Part shown: positions 26,927 to 40,550 of the stretch, piece by piece
Position numbering within the stretch: the stretch's first letter is position 1
Layout: every line of letters starts with the position of its first letter
NCBI GenBank assembly: GCA_051294375.1
Contig: CM119263.1
Span: 5,731,204-5,780,308, forward strand
Origin: Paraspadella gotoi
Lineage: Eukaryota; Animalia; Chaetognatha
Direction: 5' to 3'
DNA length: 49,105 nt
Notes under the pieces: model-generated
Database searches by the model: none
What the model was told of the DNA's origin: nothing
What the model saw: only the letters and a program-made list of their open reading frames with translations
Made by a program: the position numbers and the translations under genes

Positions 26927-27053
26927 TTGTATCTGTATCATGCATCTTGCGTTGGCTTCGTCGAAGCCAAGGACAAAGAGAATGGTATGTCGGGAACATG
27001 TCACTCCGTCGTCGGCCGATTGGCTGAAATGGATTCAGCCAATCGGGATTCCA

Positions 27054-27063
27054 TCCCGCGGGA
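27054..27063. promoter_or_regulatory. Perfect COE/EBF binding motif TCCCGCGGGA beside an inverted CCAAT pair
   Basis: Matches TCCCNNGGGA; starts 8 bp after a 13-bp perfect inverted repeat. Confidence 0.4.
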
Positions 27064-27101
27064 AGAGGGGAAAGGGAGGGTGAGCTAAAAGTGGTGGAGG
27101 G

Positions 27102-27976
27102 NNNNNNNNNNNNNNNNNNNNNNNNNNNNNNNNNNNNNNNNNNNNNNNNNNNNNNNNNNNNNNNNNNNNNNNNNNNNNNNNNNNNNNNNNNNNNNNNNNN
27201 NNNNNNNNNNNNNNNNNNNNNNNNNNNNNNNNNNNNNNNNNNNNNNNNNNNNNNNNNNNNNNNNNNNNNNNNNNNNNNNNNNNNNNNNNNNNNNNNNNNN
27301 NNNNNNNNNNNNNNNNNNNNNNNNNNNNNNNNNNNNNNNNNNNNNNNNNNNNNNNNNNNNNNNNNNNNNNNNNNNNNNNNNNNNNNNNNNNNNNNNNNNN
27401 NNNNNNNNNNNNNNNNNNNNNNNNNNNNNNNNNNNNNNNNNNNNNNNNNNNNNNNNNNNNNNNNNNNNNNNNNNNNNNNNNNNNNNNNNNNNNNNNNNNN
27501 NNNNNNNNNNNNNNNNNNNNNNNNNNNNNNNNNNNNNNNNNNNNNNNNNNNNNNNNNNNNNNNNNNNNNNNNNNNNNNNNNNNNNNNNNNNNNNNNNNNN
27601 NNNNNNNNNNNNNNNNNNNNNNNNNNNNNNNNNNNNNNNNNNNNNNNNNNNNNNNNNNNNNNNNNNNNNNNNNNNNNNNNNNNNNNNNNNNNNNNNNNNN
27701 NNNNNNNNNNNNNNNNNNNNNNNNNNNNNNNNNNNNNNNNNNNNNNNNNNNNNNNNNNNNNNNNNNNNNNNNNNNNNNNNNNNNNNNNNNNNNNNNNNNN
27801 NNNNNNNNNNNNNNNNNNNNNNNNNNNNNNNNNNNNNNNNNNNNNNNNNNNNNNNNNNNNNNNNNNNNNNNNNNNNNNNNNNNNNNNNNNNNNNNNNNNN
27901 NNNNNNNNNNNNNNNNNNNNNNNNNNNNNNNNNNNNNNNNNNNNNNNNNNNNNNNNNNNNNNNNNNNNNNNNNNNN
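27102..27976. other. Largest assembly gap (N-run); many smaller N-gaps occur between 2355 and 40053
   Basis: Runs of n, often next to microsatellites. Confidence 0.99.
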
Positions 27977-29495
27977 CCCCCATCTCGCGCGCGCCCTCTC
28001 GGGAGACGCGACGAAAACCTTACGGCGAAAAACGAGCGACGACGACAGAGTAAAAACTACAACAACGACAACAACAACAGCAACGAAAACAAAAGAAACG
28101 AAAACAACTTAAAAACAAAAATTACGCGGCCTTTGTCGCTTTGATCATTGCAAATTTGCGAAATGTATATTTGATTAAAACATGATAAATACCCTTAACA
28201 AACAACTACTACTTTACCAATTATATATACATACTCTGCTATGATTATCACTGAATAAAGTTAAACACATCCCTAATTTTTGTATACCAAAATAAGTTGG
28301 TTATTTAAATGGAACTACACGGACTAAAGAGAAAAGTAGATGAAGGAACATACTTCCAAACAGAGAGAGANNNNNNNNNNNNNNNNNNNNNNNNNNNNNN
28401 NNNNNNNNNNNNNNNNNNNNNNNNNNNNNNNNNNNNNNNNNNNNNNNNNNNNNNNNNNNNNNNNNNNNNNNNNNNNNNNNNNNNNNNNNNNNNNNNNNNN
28501 NNNNNNNNNNNNNNNNNNNNNNNNNNNNNNNNNNNNNNNNNNNNNNNNNNNNNNNNNNNNNNNNNNNNNNNNNNNNNNNNNNNNNNNNNNNNNNNNNNNN
28601 NNNNCTTTTGCCTGAGCAGAAGGAAAGGAAAGGGATGCAAAATGGATGCTATATCTGACCGCCTGAATTTTTAATGGAGAAACGAATGGAAAGTCCAAAC
28701 AAAGACACTCAGGTTGGAAACGCGTTGAAAGGGGGGGGGGAAGAAGAGGAGGGAAGTTGGAAGGGGGAAGTGAGAGAAGGAGAGAGAGGAAGAGGTAGAA
28801 AAAGGAGAAAGTGAGGCAAAGCCATAGCCAACTTGTGAAAAAATGTGAAAATCGGTTAAAAGAAAGGAAAAGAAAAGAAAAAAGAGGAAATGACACTAAA
28901 ACAAAGGGAAATAAAGAAAAAGGAGTGACAAAATTGTAAGATTAAATAAAGGAAAAAAGACGAGAGGTGAAGGAAAAAGGGTTTTTGAAACGTAAGAAAA
29001 AAAGGAAGAGGAAGAAGAAGATGAGAAAAAGGATGAGGAAGAGGAAGAAGAAGACGATGAATCGACCTTGGAAGAGAAAAAGAAAAGAGATATTGGGACT
29101 GAAAAATAGAGAGGTTAAGGATCAAGAAAGATAAGAAAGACAGGACGGCGAAAAATATAGAACGGAAAAAAAAAGAGAAGAAGAAAGTGAAAAATGTACA
29201 CTTTGTAAAATTTTTTTGTTATTTTGATGATAAAACTATCATAAATAACAAATATTTAAACATAAGGGTCATACATATGTCTATAAGTAGATGGCGCTAG
29301 AGAAAAAGAATGTAGATAATAATTTAACGAAACAAAATCCATCAAGTCAGTAAGTTAAAATAAATTTTTTTTTCGTACGGCATACTATTCCTACGCAGAG
29401 TATTTTTTTTGTTCGTACTGTATTAGGCTCGACTGTGCTTTGTTTTCTTTTTAGTATAGCATTTATATATTGATGTTTTAAATGGATTAACTTAC

Positions 29496-29564
29496 CTGTC
29501 GATTATGACCGGATCTGAGGGAGTTTCGTTCCTGTTCCCGCAACTCTTCTTGTCGCAGCATCGA
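29496..29564 (-). CDS. coe: COE/collier/EBF transcription factor, internal coding exon (equivalent to vertebrate EBF exon 6); C-terminal part of the zinc knuckle in the DNA-binding domain
   Basis: Minus strand: acceptor ttaattatcttctgtccatttcag| then a 69-nt exon then donor |gtaagt. Phase-2 translation (S)[22 protein letters not shown](R) matches the hallmark COE/EBF sequence. The 69-nt size matches my recollection of vertebrate EBF exon 6. Confidence 0.97.
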
Positions 29565-29837
29565 CTGAAATGGACAGAAGATAATTAATTATTAAATTAA
29601 TTTAATAACTAATTAATCGATTTTAAAATCGAATATAAAGAACTTTTGGAATAATTTACTATTTCTTTTGGTTTTCGTGGTTAAGATAACTACTAGTAAT
29701 GAAATAGCAGTAGTTATTAAGAGTATAAAGATAATAATATATTAAAACATTTTAAAGACATTGTTTCCATCCATTTTCAATTAAACGAAGGTTTTTCCTT
29801 CTCTCCATCGACGTTCAAGGATCCCATCGACGGAACC

Positions 29838-29872
<35 letters not shown>

Positions 29873-30108
29873 NNNNNNNNNNNNNNNNNNNNNNNNNNNN
29901 NNNNNNNNNNNNNNNNNNNNNNNNNNNNNNNNNNNNNNNNNNNNNNACTACGGGCGACCATCACCTCGGAAAGGTCAGCCTCTGGAGACTCACCCGGAAA
30001 CTGCACTACTGGGACGGTAAGGCTTTGATCGGTCCCCCAGCGGGGCAGTCNNNNNNNNNNNNNNNNNNNNNNNNNCTGTCTATGGATGCACACCAGTTGC
30101 GGAACCTG

Positions 30109-33100
30109 CTTTCGACCGACGCACGAAAAAATCCTTCATCAGTTTCGATGCTGTGAACCGGTGAACCGCCCCTTGCCTCCTTCACACAGCCGTCTCTCGG
30201 GCTCCTAATTCTCCCCTAATGTCTTCCACCCGTTCCCATCTCTCCTCTCCGCTCCACCTCCCCAACTTTCTGCCTTGCTCCTTCGCCACCTCTAAACGCT
30301 GCTCTCTCCTTGATGCAACCGGTCTCAGAGCGACGAAGGTGATGCGACCGAAGAAAGGAGAAGCGTAAACAGGGAGAGAGAGAGTGAGCAGAGAGACGCG
30401 AGAGAGGAGAGAGCAGAGGAGAGATGATTGAGGCAGGAGGCACGAGCATGAGCAGAGGGCAGAGAGCAGAGACAGAGAGATGATGGAGAGAGAGAGAGAG
30501 AGAGGGGAGAGAGAGAGAGACGAAAAAGCCAAATACAAGCCAAAGCGGCCACCGCAACAGACATGTTCAAAACCACCAAATAAATCCAAAACTACCCTCC
30601 ACCTTTCGCTTCGTTTTCTCTCTCTCTCTTCCCTCTTCCCCACTCCTCTCCCTCTTAACCTCTCTCATCTCTCCCCTCTGTCTCAACTCCTCACAAACCC
30701 CTCAACGCCGCGATGCTTAAAAAAAACCTGACCTTATCAAACACAAAGACTCGCGAACTAGCGGCCCCAATCAAAAGGAGAATAAGACGCCGAGCATAGC
30801 GAAAAGAGAGAGAGCGGATGTGGACTATGGGAGAGAGAGAGGAGAGAGAGAATGAGAGCAGAGCAGCAGCCCATGAGAGACGCAGAGCGGGAGGGAGAGA
30901 CGAGTGACCCGGAGGAGACTTCGGTAAATCAGAATCATAATAACACGGCGGCTTCACTGGCCGCTCTCTCGCCGTCCCCCGCGAGTCTCTCCGCGATGCT
31001 ACTACAAAGCGAAGGCGAGAGTAGATGGGAATAGGGCTTTTCATGAATGAAAAGTAATAATCGCTCGTTATTGAATATATAAAGAATTTTTATAATCTAC
31101 GGAAAGAATCAGGTCAGGAACTAATATAATATTTTCATGAGGTTTTGATTGCAATCGTTTACACTTAGTAAGAATATATTCATTAGACAACGGAAAACCC
31201 CAAAAGTTATACCAGGATATTTTTGTGTAAAGGAGCACCTCTCCATTGACAATTTGAAATAATTCTCTCTCTCAATTGCGTAAATGAGATAATGCTACTG
31301 AATCTTATTTGGTATATATTAGCGAATACTTTAGTGAGGTCACACACCCTTTCTTTTCGTATTTCCCCATAATAGCTCCTCTTTTCATTTTTATTACACT
31401 ACGCCAACTCTATCCCTTCCTTCTACTCCTACTTACTTCTCACGCCACTCCACTATTTCCCACTTCACGCCCGGCCGGAACTCGCGGCCAGCCCCGGCCA
31501 ACAGATAAACCAATAAACCGGTTTACACACCTAACTACAACTCTGCTGTATATAGTTCTCCAAGTCTAAACCATCATTATATAAAAACAAAACTGAATTC
31601 TAAGACAGTAGTTGTAGCTTTTTTAAAACCTCTTCCTCCTTTTATAGCCTCTACTCCTTTAACGGTAGACTGATAAAGCCAAATCTCTATCCCGCTTTCT
31701 CTCCAGCCCATTCCACATCCCAAGGACTTTTCCACAGCCCCCTTCTTCATCCCCAACCCCAGCCGAAGGAGGGAGCGCCGGAGAATTATTCCATCGTCCC
31801 GGCGCCGTGGACAAAAGGCGAAATTCCTTTCGGAGGCGCGAGTGGAGAGAGAGGGGGGTTGGAGTAGAAAGGGTGGAGTGGAAAGGATGTAGTGGAAAGG
31901 GTGGAGTGGAAATAGTGGAATGGAAAGGATGTTGTGGAAAGGGACGAGTGGAAATAGTGGAGTGAAAAGGATGGGGTGGAAAAGGTGGAGTGGAAATAGT
32001 GGAGTGAAAAGGATGGGGTGGAAAAGGTGGAGTGGAAATAGTGGAGTGGCGTGAAAGTAGTAGGAGTAGAAGGGATAGAGTGGCGTAGTGGAATAAAAAT
32101 GAAAGAGGAGCTATTTGGGGAAATAGAAAGAAAGGGTGTGTAACCTCCACTAAATGATTCCTAATATATTACCAAATAAGATTCAGTACATTAATCTCAT
32201 TTACATATTATAATAAATTATTTCAATTGTCATGGGTGAAGGTTCTCTTTCAATATCTGGTATACTTTTGGGTTTTCCGGTGTCTAATAATATTATTTAC
32301 TAGTGTAAACGATTCATAAAAACTCATGAAATATTATATTAGTTCCTGACTGATTCTTTCCGTAGATTATAAAGATCTCCTTTAATTTCAATAACGAGCG
32401 ATTATTACTTTCATTCATGAAAAGCCTATTCCCCTCTACTCTCCCTNNNNNNNNNNNNNNNNNNNNNNNNNNNNNNNNNNNNNNNNNNNNNNNNNNNNNN
32501 NNNNNNNNNNNNNNNNNNNNNNNNNNNNNNNNNNNNNNNNNNNNNNNNNNNNNNNNNNNNNNNNNNNNNNNNNNNNNNNNNNNNNNNNNNNNNNNNNNNN
32601 NNNNNNNNNNNNNNNNNNNNNNNNNNNNNNNNNNNNNNNNNNNNNNNNNNNNNNNNNNNNNNNNNNNNNNNNNNNNNNNNNNNNNNNNNNNNNNNNNNNN
32701 NNNNNNNNNNNNNNNNNNNNNNNNNNNNNNNNNNNNNNNNNNNNNNNNNNNNNNNNNNNNNNNNNNNNNNNNNNNNNNNNNNNNNNNNNNNNNNNNNNNN
32801 NNNNNNNNNNNNNNNNNNNNNNNNNNNNNNNNNNNNNNNNNNNNNNNNNNNNNNNNNNNNNNNNNNNNNNNNNNCCTTTCTTCGGTCCATCACCTTCGTC
32901 GCTCTGAGACTCATCAAGAAAAGGTCCAGTCGGTTTAGAGGTGGCGAAGGAGCAAGCAGAAGTTGGGGAGGTGGAGCGGAGAGGAGATGGAACGGGTGGA
33001 GACATTAGGGGGGAGAAGAGGAGCCGGAGCGGCTGTGAAGGAGCAAGGGGCGGTTCACGGTTCACAGCCTCGAAACTGATGAAGGATTTTTTCGTCCGTC

Positions 33101-33109
33101 GGTCGAAAG
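30109..33109. repeat. Large inverted repeat (fold-back): left arm ~30109-31465, right arm ~32030-33109 with an N-gap, spacer ~560 bp
   Basis: 30109-30358 is the reverse complement of 32875-33109. 31020-31465 is the reverse complement of 32030-32445 (e.g. ttcatgaatgaaaagtaataatcgctcgttattg versus caataacgagcgattattactttcattcatgaa). Confidence 0.92.
31870..32050. repeat. 42-bp minisatellite, about 4 copies (gtggaaatagtggagtgaaaaggatggggtggaaaaggtgga)
   Basis: Directly visible; gives the HSTISTPPFPPHPF repeat in the spurious minus-strand ORF 31659-32150. Confidence 0.9.
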
Positions 33110-33295
33110 AAGAAACTAAATTTAAAACTGAAGGTGAAGATAAGATTTTTTGAGCTCAAAACAAAGAAATTTTGGATGAACTCTCTCTCTATCTCTCTCG
33201 GTCTCCCTCTATATATATATATATCTCTCTCTCTCTCTTTATCTCTCACCCACCTCCTCTTTTTGAACTTAAAAAGAAAGTGAGAGAGAGAGAGT

Positions 33296-33364
<69 letters not shown>

Positions 33365-34317
33365 CGTTTTCTCTCTCTCCTTTGGGAGAGGCGGTGTATC
33401 GCTGGGGGCTTTCTTAGTACCAACATTCGACAAAAGGAAACTTTTCTTTTTTTCTTTTCTTTTTTCTTTNNNNNNNNNNNNNNNNNNNNNNNNNNNNNNN
33501 NNNNNNNNNNNNNNNNNNNNNNNNNNNNNNNNNNNNNNNNNNNNNNNNNNNNNNNNNNNNNNNNNNNNNNNNNNNNNNNNNNNNNNNNNNNNNNNNNNNN
33601 NNNNNNNNNNNNNNNNNNNNNNNNNNNNNNNNNNNNNNNNNNNNNNNNNNNNNNTCTCTCTCTTTCTCTCTCCCTATTTTGGTCTCCTTCCCTCTCTTTC
33701 TCTCTTTATCTCTTCCCTTTTTTTTCTCCCTCTCTACCTCTCTCTCTTCGTCTCTCACTCTCATTCCCTCTCTTATTGTTTCCATTTCCCCGTCTCTCTC
33801 TCTTCCATTTCAATCTTCCTCTCCCTTTTTCTCTCTCCCTCTCTGTCTCAGTCTGAGATCAAAAGTTTAATTACTTGTTCCATCTACACCAGAATCGTCG
33901 CCGTCGGAGAAAGAGGCTGGAATTGCGCCAGTTTCGCGCCGACTTCCGGTTATGCTCGATGGGACGCGAAGAGAGAGAGAGACAGAGAGGGAGTGAGATA
34001 GAGACAGAGAGATAAGTATTAAGGGATGAAGAGGATGAAAAAAAAAGAGAAAAAAGAAAAAAAGACANNNNNNNNNNNNNNNNNNNNNNNNNNNNNNNNN
34101 NNNNNNNNNNNNNNNNNNNNNNNNNNNNNNNNNNNNNNNNNNNNNNNNNNNNNNNNNNNNNNNNNNNNNNNNNNNNNNNNNNNNNNNNNNNNNNNNNNNN
34201 NNNNNNNNNNNNNNNNNNNNNNNNNNNNNNNNNNNNNNNNNNNNNNNNNNNNNNNNNNNNNNNNNNNNNNNNNNNNNNNNNNNNNNNNNNNNNNNNNNNN
34301 NNNNNNNNNNNNNNNNN

Positions 34318-34349
<32 letters not shown>

Positions 34350-34703
34350 TTTTTAAATTTTGTTATCGTTATTATATTTCCAGGTCGAAATGTTGTTCAA
34401 TTGTTCGTTCGTTTTTTGTCAGTTCATCGGATTATAAATGAATATGAATAAATACGAATGAATAGAAAAGATTGGTCACTTGTTTGTGATTCTCTTCTAT
34501 TATTTCTCGGAAGCGACTTTGTTACATATCCGTCCCAAGCGTTGCGTTGTTGTCAATTGAGAGAGAGAGAGAGAGAAGAAAAAGTACGTTTTTAATGCGA
34601 TTAATCATTGGACGGAGGGCAACTGGAAATTCAGGATAAAACACACACACCAGAGAGAGAGAGAGAAGAGAGGAGACGACGAGAGAGAGATGAGAGAGAG
34701 AAC

Positions 34704-34754
<51 letters not shown>

Positions 34755-35144
34755 AGACGTTCACTTTCGATGCATGAGCCGTGACGCCCCGACCCTTCAC
34801 GTTCCCATGGAAACGGCGAATGACGGCCGCCTTCCCTCGCCGCAATGCCCCAGAGGCCCGTGCTGGCCTTTTCCCCTCGCTGGCCCCCAAAATGCGGCAT
34901 GGCCTCACCGCGAGTTAGCCTTTTCCCGCACGCCCCAAGCGGCTCTCTCCCGTGCCGAGAAAAGGACAGGCTCGAGTTTTAACCTCCAGCGAAAGGAATT
35001 TTTCTGACGCGAACGAGAATTGAAAGCGCTTTTTCCACGTTGAAGAAAAAGATCAGTTTTTGTTACGACGTTTACCAAACCTAGAAATGAAAGCATGAAA
35101 AGAGGCAAGAAAACAATACTGCAAACCAAAATTTTAAACCCAGG

Positions 35145-35792
35145 AAAAGAAAGAAAGAAAGATAAAAAGGAAAAGAAAGGAAAAAAGAAAAGGGGAAGGG
35201 AAAAGAAAAAGAGGGGGGGCGAAGAGGTGGGGGATAGAAAACGGGGGACGAGAAAGGAAAAAAAACAAAAAGGAGGGAAAAAAAACAAGAAGAAAAAAAC
35301 GGGAAGGAGGGGGGGGGGGGGGGGGGGGCAGGAACAAAAAAAAAGGGGAAGTGGAGAGGGGAAAAAAGGAGGGGGAAGAAGAACAAAAAAAAGGGAAAAA
35401 GGGGGGAGGGGCAAGGGGGGGGGGGGGGGGGGGGGGAAAAAAGGAAAAGAAAAAAAAAAAAAAAGGAAAAAAAAAGGGGGGAAAAAGGGGAAAGAAAAAA
35501 AAGGGGGAGAAAGGGAAAGAGAAAGGGAAAGGGGGGGAGGGGGGAGGGAGAAAAAAACAAAATAGGGCGTAAAGAATAAAAAGAAAAGAGAGACTGGGAA
35601 AGGAGGAGAGGAAAAAAAAAAAAGAAAAAAAAAAAAAAGGAAAAAAAACAAAAAAAAAAAAAAAAAAAAAAAAAAAGGAAAAAAAAAAAAAAAAAAAAAT
35701 AAGAAAAAAGAGAGGCAGAAAAAAAAAAAAAAAAGAAAAAAAAAAAAAAAAAAAGGAAAAAAAAAAAAAAAAAAAAAAAAACAAAAAAAAAA

Positions 35793-35840
<48 letters not shown>

Positions 35841-36032
35841 AGGAAAAAAAAAGGAAAAAAAATAAAAAAGAAAAGAAAAAAAAAAAAAAAAAAAAAAAAA
35901 GGGAAAAAAAAGGGAAAAGGGAAACAAAAAAGGAACGAAACGAAAAAGAAAAAGGGCAGAGGGGAAAAAAAAAAAAATAGCGGAGGGAAAAAAAAAAGGG
36001 AAAAAGAAGAAAAGAAAGGGAAAAAGGAAAAG

Positions 36033-36065
<33 letters not shown>

Positions 36066-36203
36066 AAAAAAAAACAAGGGGGAAGGGAAAACAGAAAAAA
36101 AGAGAAAAAAAAAGAAAAGGGAGGGAAAGGGGGGGAAAAAAAAAAAAAAAAAAGAAAAAAAAAAAGAAAAAAAAAGAGAAAAAGTGAAGAACGAAAAAAA
36201 AAG

Positions 36204-36248
<45 letters not shown>

Positions 36249-36422
36249 AAAGAATAAAAAAAAAAAAAAAGAAAAAAAAGATAAAAAAAAAAAAAAAAAA
36301 GAAAAAAAAAACAAAAAAAAAAAAAAAAAAAAAAAAAAAGAAAACAACAAAACAAAAAAAAAAAAAAGAAAAAAAGGAAAAAAAAAAAAAAAAAGGAAAA
36401 AATAAGGAAAAAAAAAAAGTGG

Positions 36423-36455
<33 letters not shown>

Positions 36456-36500
36456 GATAAGAAAGAAGATAAGAAAGAAAGATAAGAAAGAAAGAAAGAA
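35145..36500. repeat. ~1.35 kb A/G homopolymer-rich low-complexity run, probably a base-calling artefact of an (AAAG)n tract
   Basis: Sits where copies 2 and 3 have only a ~110-bp (AAAG)n tract (41158-41268; 45840-45957), between the same flanks. Confidence 0.8.
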
Positions 36501-39500
36501 AGAAAAGAAATGATACCTGTACTTTCACCCAGCGAAGATAAAGAAGAAGAAAAGGAAAGAATGTGAAGGACAAGAAGGCAAGAGAAACGAAAGAAAGGAT
36601 CTAAGATGTCGAATATATCACACTAAAAGAAAGATAAAGAAAGAATAATAAAGAAGCACCCTTCGCTCAAGGCACGATGCCAACATCGATGCCAGCTTGA
36701 CGAAAGAGCATGCACCCAGCAGTTACGGAGCGTCATCGCACTGGAGAAGAATGCAACTTACTCACTCTTGCGGGATTAAAGAAAAACCCGAAACAAATTT
36801 CTTTTTTTTCGTTGGGCGGAACACAAAATCCTTCGTCGCGGTTAACGGATATGATGCTTTTTTAACCGGCGAGCGGAAGCAGGCGCGAGCAGAGAGCACG
36901 CACGAGAGGAGAGAGAGAGAGAGAGAGGAGCAGAGAGAGGTAAGAGAGCAGAGGAGGAGAAGAGAGAGAGAGACGAGAGAGCCACGAGACGATGACCGTC
37001 AGAGACGGACGAGAGAGGGGAGAGAGAGAGATCGAGTAAGAGATATTGATACTTGATATTAAAAAACCGGAAAGTGCGACGCAGAGCGGCACCGAAGCAG
37101 TAGAGACTGAGAGGCCTGAGAAAGGGCCGCTCGTGATCGCGCATACGAGAGAGAGAGAGAGAGAGAAGCGAGATGAACGACGAGACGAGCAGTAGAGGAC
37201 GCAGAGGAGACGAGAGAGAGACGAGAGAGACGTAGAGAGAGAGAGAGAGAGAGATTATATTGATATTTATATTTAAAAACGAAAGTCGCGAGCTTTTAGG
37301 CTTGTACTATTCACAACTGCCCTAAAAAGCTCCCTGTATCTTATCATTTTAAAGTATTAACACAGTTTTCTTGACGTTCTTCATAAATGGTCACTGAAAA
37401 CTTTATACAAATCTAATTTTTCTAGTGTGACAATAGGCATGGGGCTCTTTCTAACTCACAAATTAGGCAGACATTTTTTGTTGGAAACCCTATCCCACCC
37501 GCAAACAATTAGTGACTCACTTTAGTATAAACAGAGTATTATTTTATTCGCAATGATAGAGTGAAGAAAAGGGGGCGATTTCGAAAATTTTCTATCTTAT
37601 TAACCATTAAATAACAGAATTTTAACAATTTAAAAATAACAATTTAATTTACGATTCACACTTCTTTGCGTTCTTTCCGTTCCTTTATTCGTTCTTACGT
37701 CTTTTCTTAGTTCTGTTCGATCATTCATTGGTTCGTTCTATTGCTTCGTTCCTTTCGTTCCCTTCATTCGCTCTCTCTCCGACATCTTTTTCTGTGTTCT
37801 GTGTGATTCCGACTTTTTCGATTTCGTCTCGCTGATGGAATATGCCGCTCCGTCAACTAACAAGAGGATGCGCTGATACGACGCACGACACGACGACGAC
37901 TGACGACGACGACGTCAACTCAGACATCCTACATGTTCAAAATTTTATGAACATTTTTTATTCTCTCGCCTGTGCGAATGCATGTTTCTTTGATAGCATT
38001 GATTCCGCGAAAGTCCATTTTTGATTGATTGATTGCATTTGTTATTGTATCAATTGAATTTTATTTCAATTAATTTAATTCCACTTAATTTATTCATGAC
38101 ATAATTCAAATTTTTCTCCCTGTATCCACCTCCCAAGTCGTCCTACACCCGCTTCCCTTGTTCACCCTCGCTCCACCACACAACAGCTCCACCTTACCTC
38201 CACAAAAAAACTCCTGCCTTCCCCATTCAAAACGATTCCACACTTCCCCACGCCTAAATTCCTTGTCTTTGCGTCGTCCAGCGAGATGCAGGTCTTCAGT
38301 CGTCGTCGTTCGTCGTCGTCGTCTCGTTTGGCCAATGGAGCGAGAAGCTTCATCATCAATTCACTAAACCTTCTCTCTGCTTCTATTTTGGCGAAATCGT
38401 TATGAAAGTTCGTCGTCGTTCGTCCGTCTGTCGTCCTCTCAATCATCGTCTGTCGTTCGTTCGTCGTTCTTTCGTCATCGTTCCCTTTTGCCCCTGAGTT
38501 GTCTCGCCCTAGCGTTGTTGCCACTGTTGCCAGGGTTGATTCACTTCCAACACTTTGGCTTGTTATTCACAAAATTTCGTCTCTGCTTTCTGTTTTCAAT
38601 TCTACAAATCATCATTGCATAATCCATCATCATCATGCATCATCATCTATCATCAATCTCATCAATCCATACTCATCATCGTCGTCGTCGTCGTCTTCGC
38701 GTCGTCTCGTCGTCGTCGCGTTTTTTTCCCCTCCGACTTCCGGTTTCAACAGAAAAATACCACACATTTTTTTTCTGTTTTCTCGAACAATCGTTTTCCT
38801 TTCTTATTTTCTCTTTTTTCTGACAGAAAGAAGTTCAGATTCCATTTCGAGTCATTCCAGAGTGCCTTTTGTCGTTTTCTCGTTTTGTCCTTTGTCGGTG
38901 TTTTGTCAGAAACTCATTTCATTCGTCCAATCTATTTTCTTTTAGAAAATTGTCGGTGAATCTCACTTTCACAATTCGAGTGACATCAAAAAAATTGAAA
39001 TTTGGATTTGTCAAGATCACATCTGATAAGTCTCATTCAGTTAGACCAAGAAAAACTCGAACAATTCGCTTTCGCTACTCTTAGACTCTAATTTTCCTTT
39101 GATTTTACAGCCTAAAATTACTTTTCTTCCGTCGTTCTTTACTTTTCTCTGACCTCATTCACTCTTCCCTTCCTCTCACCCCTCGTCCTCACGTCCCCCC
39201 CTCGTTCTTTCCCCCAGCGTACAAGAAAGCGAGATCTTTGGTTTGGCTGATCTCTCTCTTTTTNNNNNNNNNNNNNNNNNNNNNNNNNGATTAATTGGAT
39301 TCGTTACTTTTTCTCTTCGACTCAATTCTCAGTCGCTGGACGCAATCGACTCATCAGACCACTGTGGGGGAATGGTCGATAGCGCACAGTGATTCGGCGT
39401 GGATAGCGCACAGTGTTGCGAGGTGGACAGTTTAAAATTGGTGGCCGAGGTGGTCGTAAAATGGGTGAACTTGTCACGTGATCAATCGTGATCCACTCTA

Positions 39501-39995
39501 ATCAAACCGCGACGTGGTCAATTCAGTGACGCTTAACACGAAAAGCGAATCACGATTTTTACGCCATCACGCAATCTCGCTGTACTCACATCAACAAAGT
39601 GATTACATAATACAATCACTGAACCACGCAAGCAAACGAATGAAAATCCTGCAAGAACGGACAACCTGAAAAAAACGGCCAAGCATGGGGAAAGTCTTAC
39701 GAGCCAAGCATCTAGTCAGACCAATCAGGCACCAAGCACCGATATTCGATCTAAAAATATCCTTCGCTGATGAAAACGAAATCTTTCTTTTCTGCCTCTC
39801 GTTCCTCACCCACCGCTATAGCATCCGGCCATCAGTGTTGCTGCAGCGATCTTCCACTGCTGCAGCAGTCAAGAACCTCACCTCCTCTTCCTTTTTCCCC
39901 ACCTGATTGAACCTCACTCTTTCCTGCCTTCTTCCTCCCTCATCTTATCTCTCGCTCCAATTTCGAAAAGTGAGACAAAATGAAGACATAAAAAC

Positions 39996-40028
<33 letters not shown>

Positions 40029-40518
40029 NNNNNNNNNNNNNNNNNNNNNNNNNAGTCGTCTCGCATCGCTCCTCTCTTCTCCAATCTCTTGGGCTGACGC
40101 CGTTCCCGCTTCGATAAGGCGGCGCCATCAGGGTCCTGGCGGGCGGGACTGGTTTGGGCGCCGCAATAGAAATTGATTCTATTTTATAGAAAACGATTGG
40201 TTTTGTGATTGCTTGATTGTATGTTTAGGTGTTTAATATTCTTCCACGCGAGCAGACTTACTTTTGTTTACAGCGAAACAAGCCATGGTAACAAAAAGTT
40301 TAATAAAAACGAGTATTATACTACTTAATGAATTTTAACTACCGAATGTGCAACCATAAGCTATGAAAAACCACCAACACCAATCCTCGAGAGAACAAAA
40401 AAAAACAAATAGAAAACCAAAAAGACATTAAAACTAAAATTACGAGGCTCGTCCCGGGATGAAAGGGGGCTGACGCCAGAGAGAGAGAGAGATGAAGATG
40501 AGAGATGAGAGAATGAGG

Positions 40519-40550
<32 letters not shown>

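Noticed and set aside
31659-32150. 163-aa Pro/His-rich repeat ORF
   Set aside because: It is the translation of the 42-bp minisatellite plus an inverted-repeat arm, with no splice or homology support.
34905-36573. Long 424-481 aa Phe-rich ORFs on the minus strand
   Set aside because: They are translations of an A/G homopolymer run that replaces a ~110-bp microsatellite found in the other two copies; there is no coding signal.
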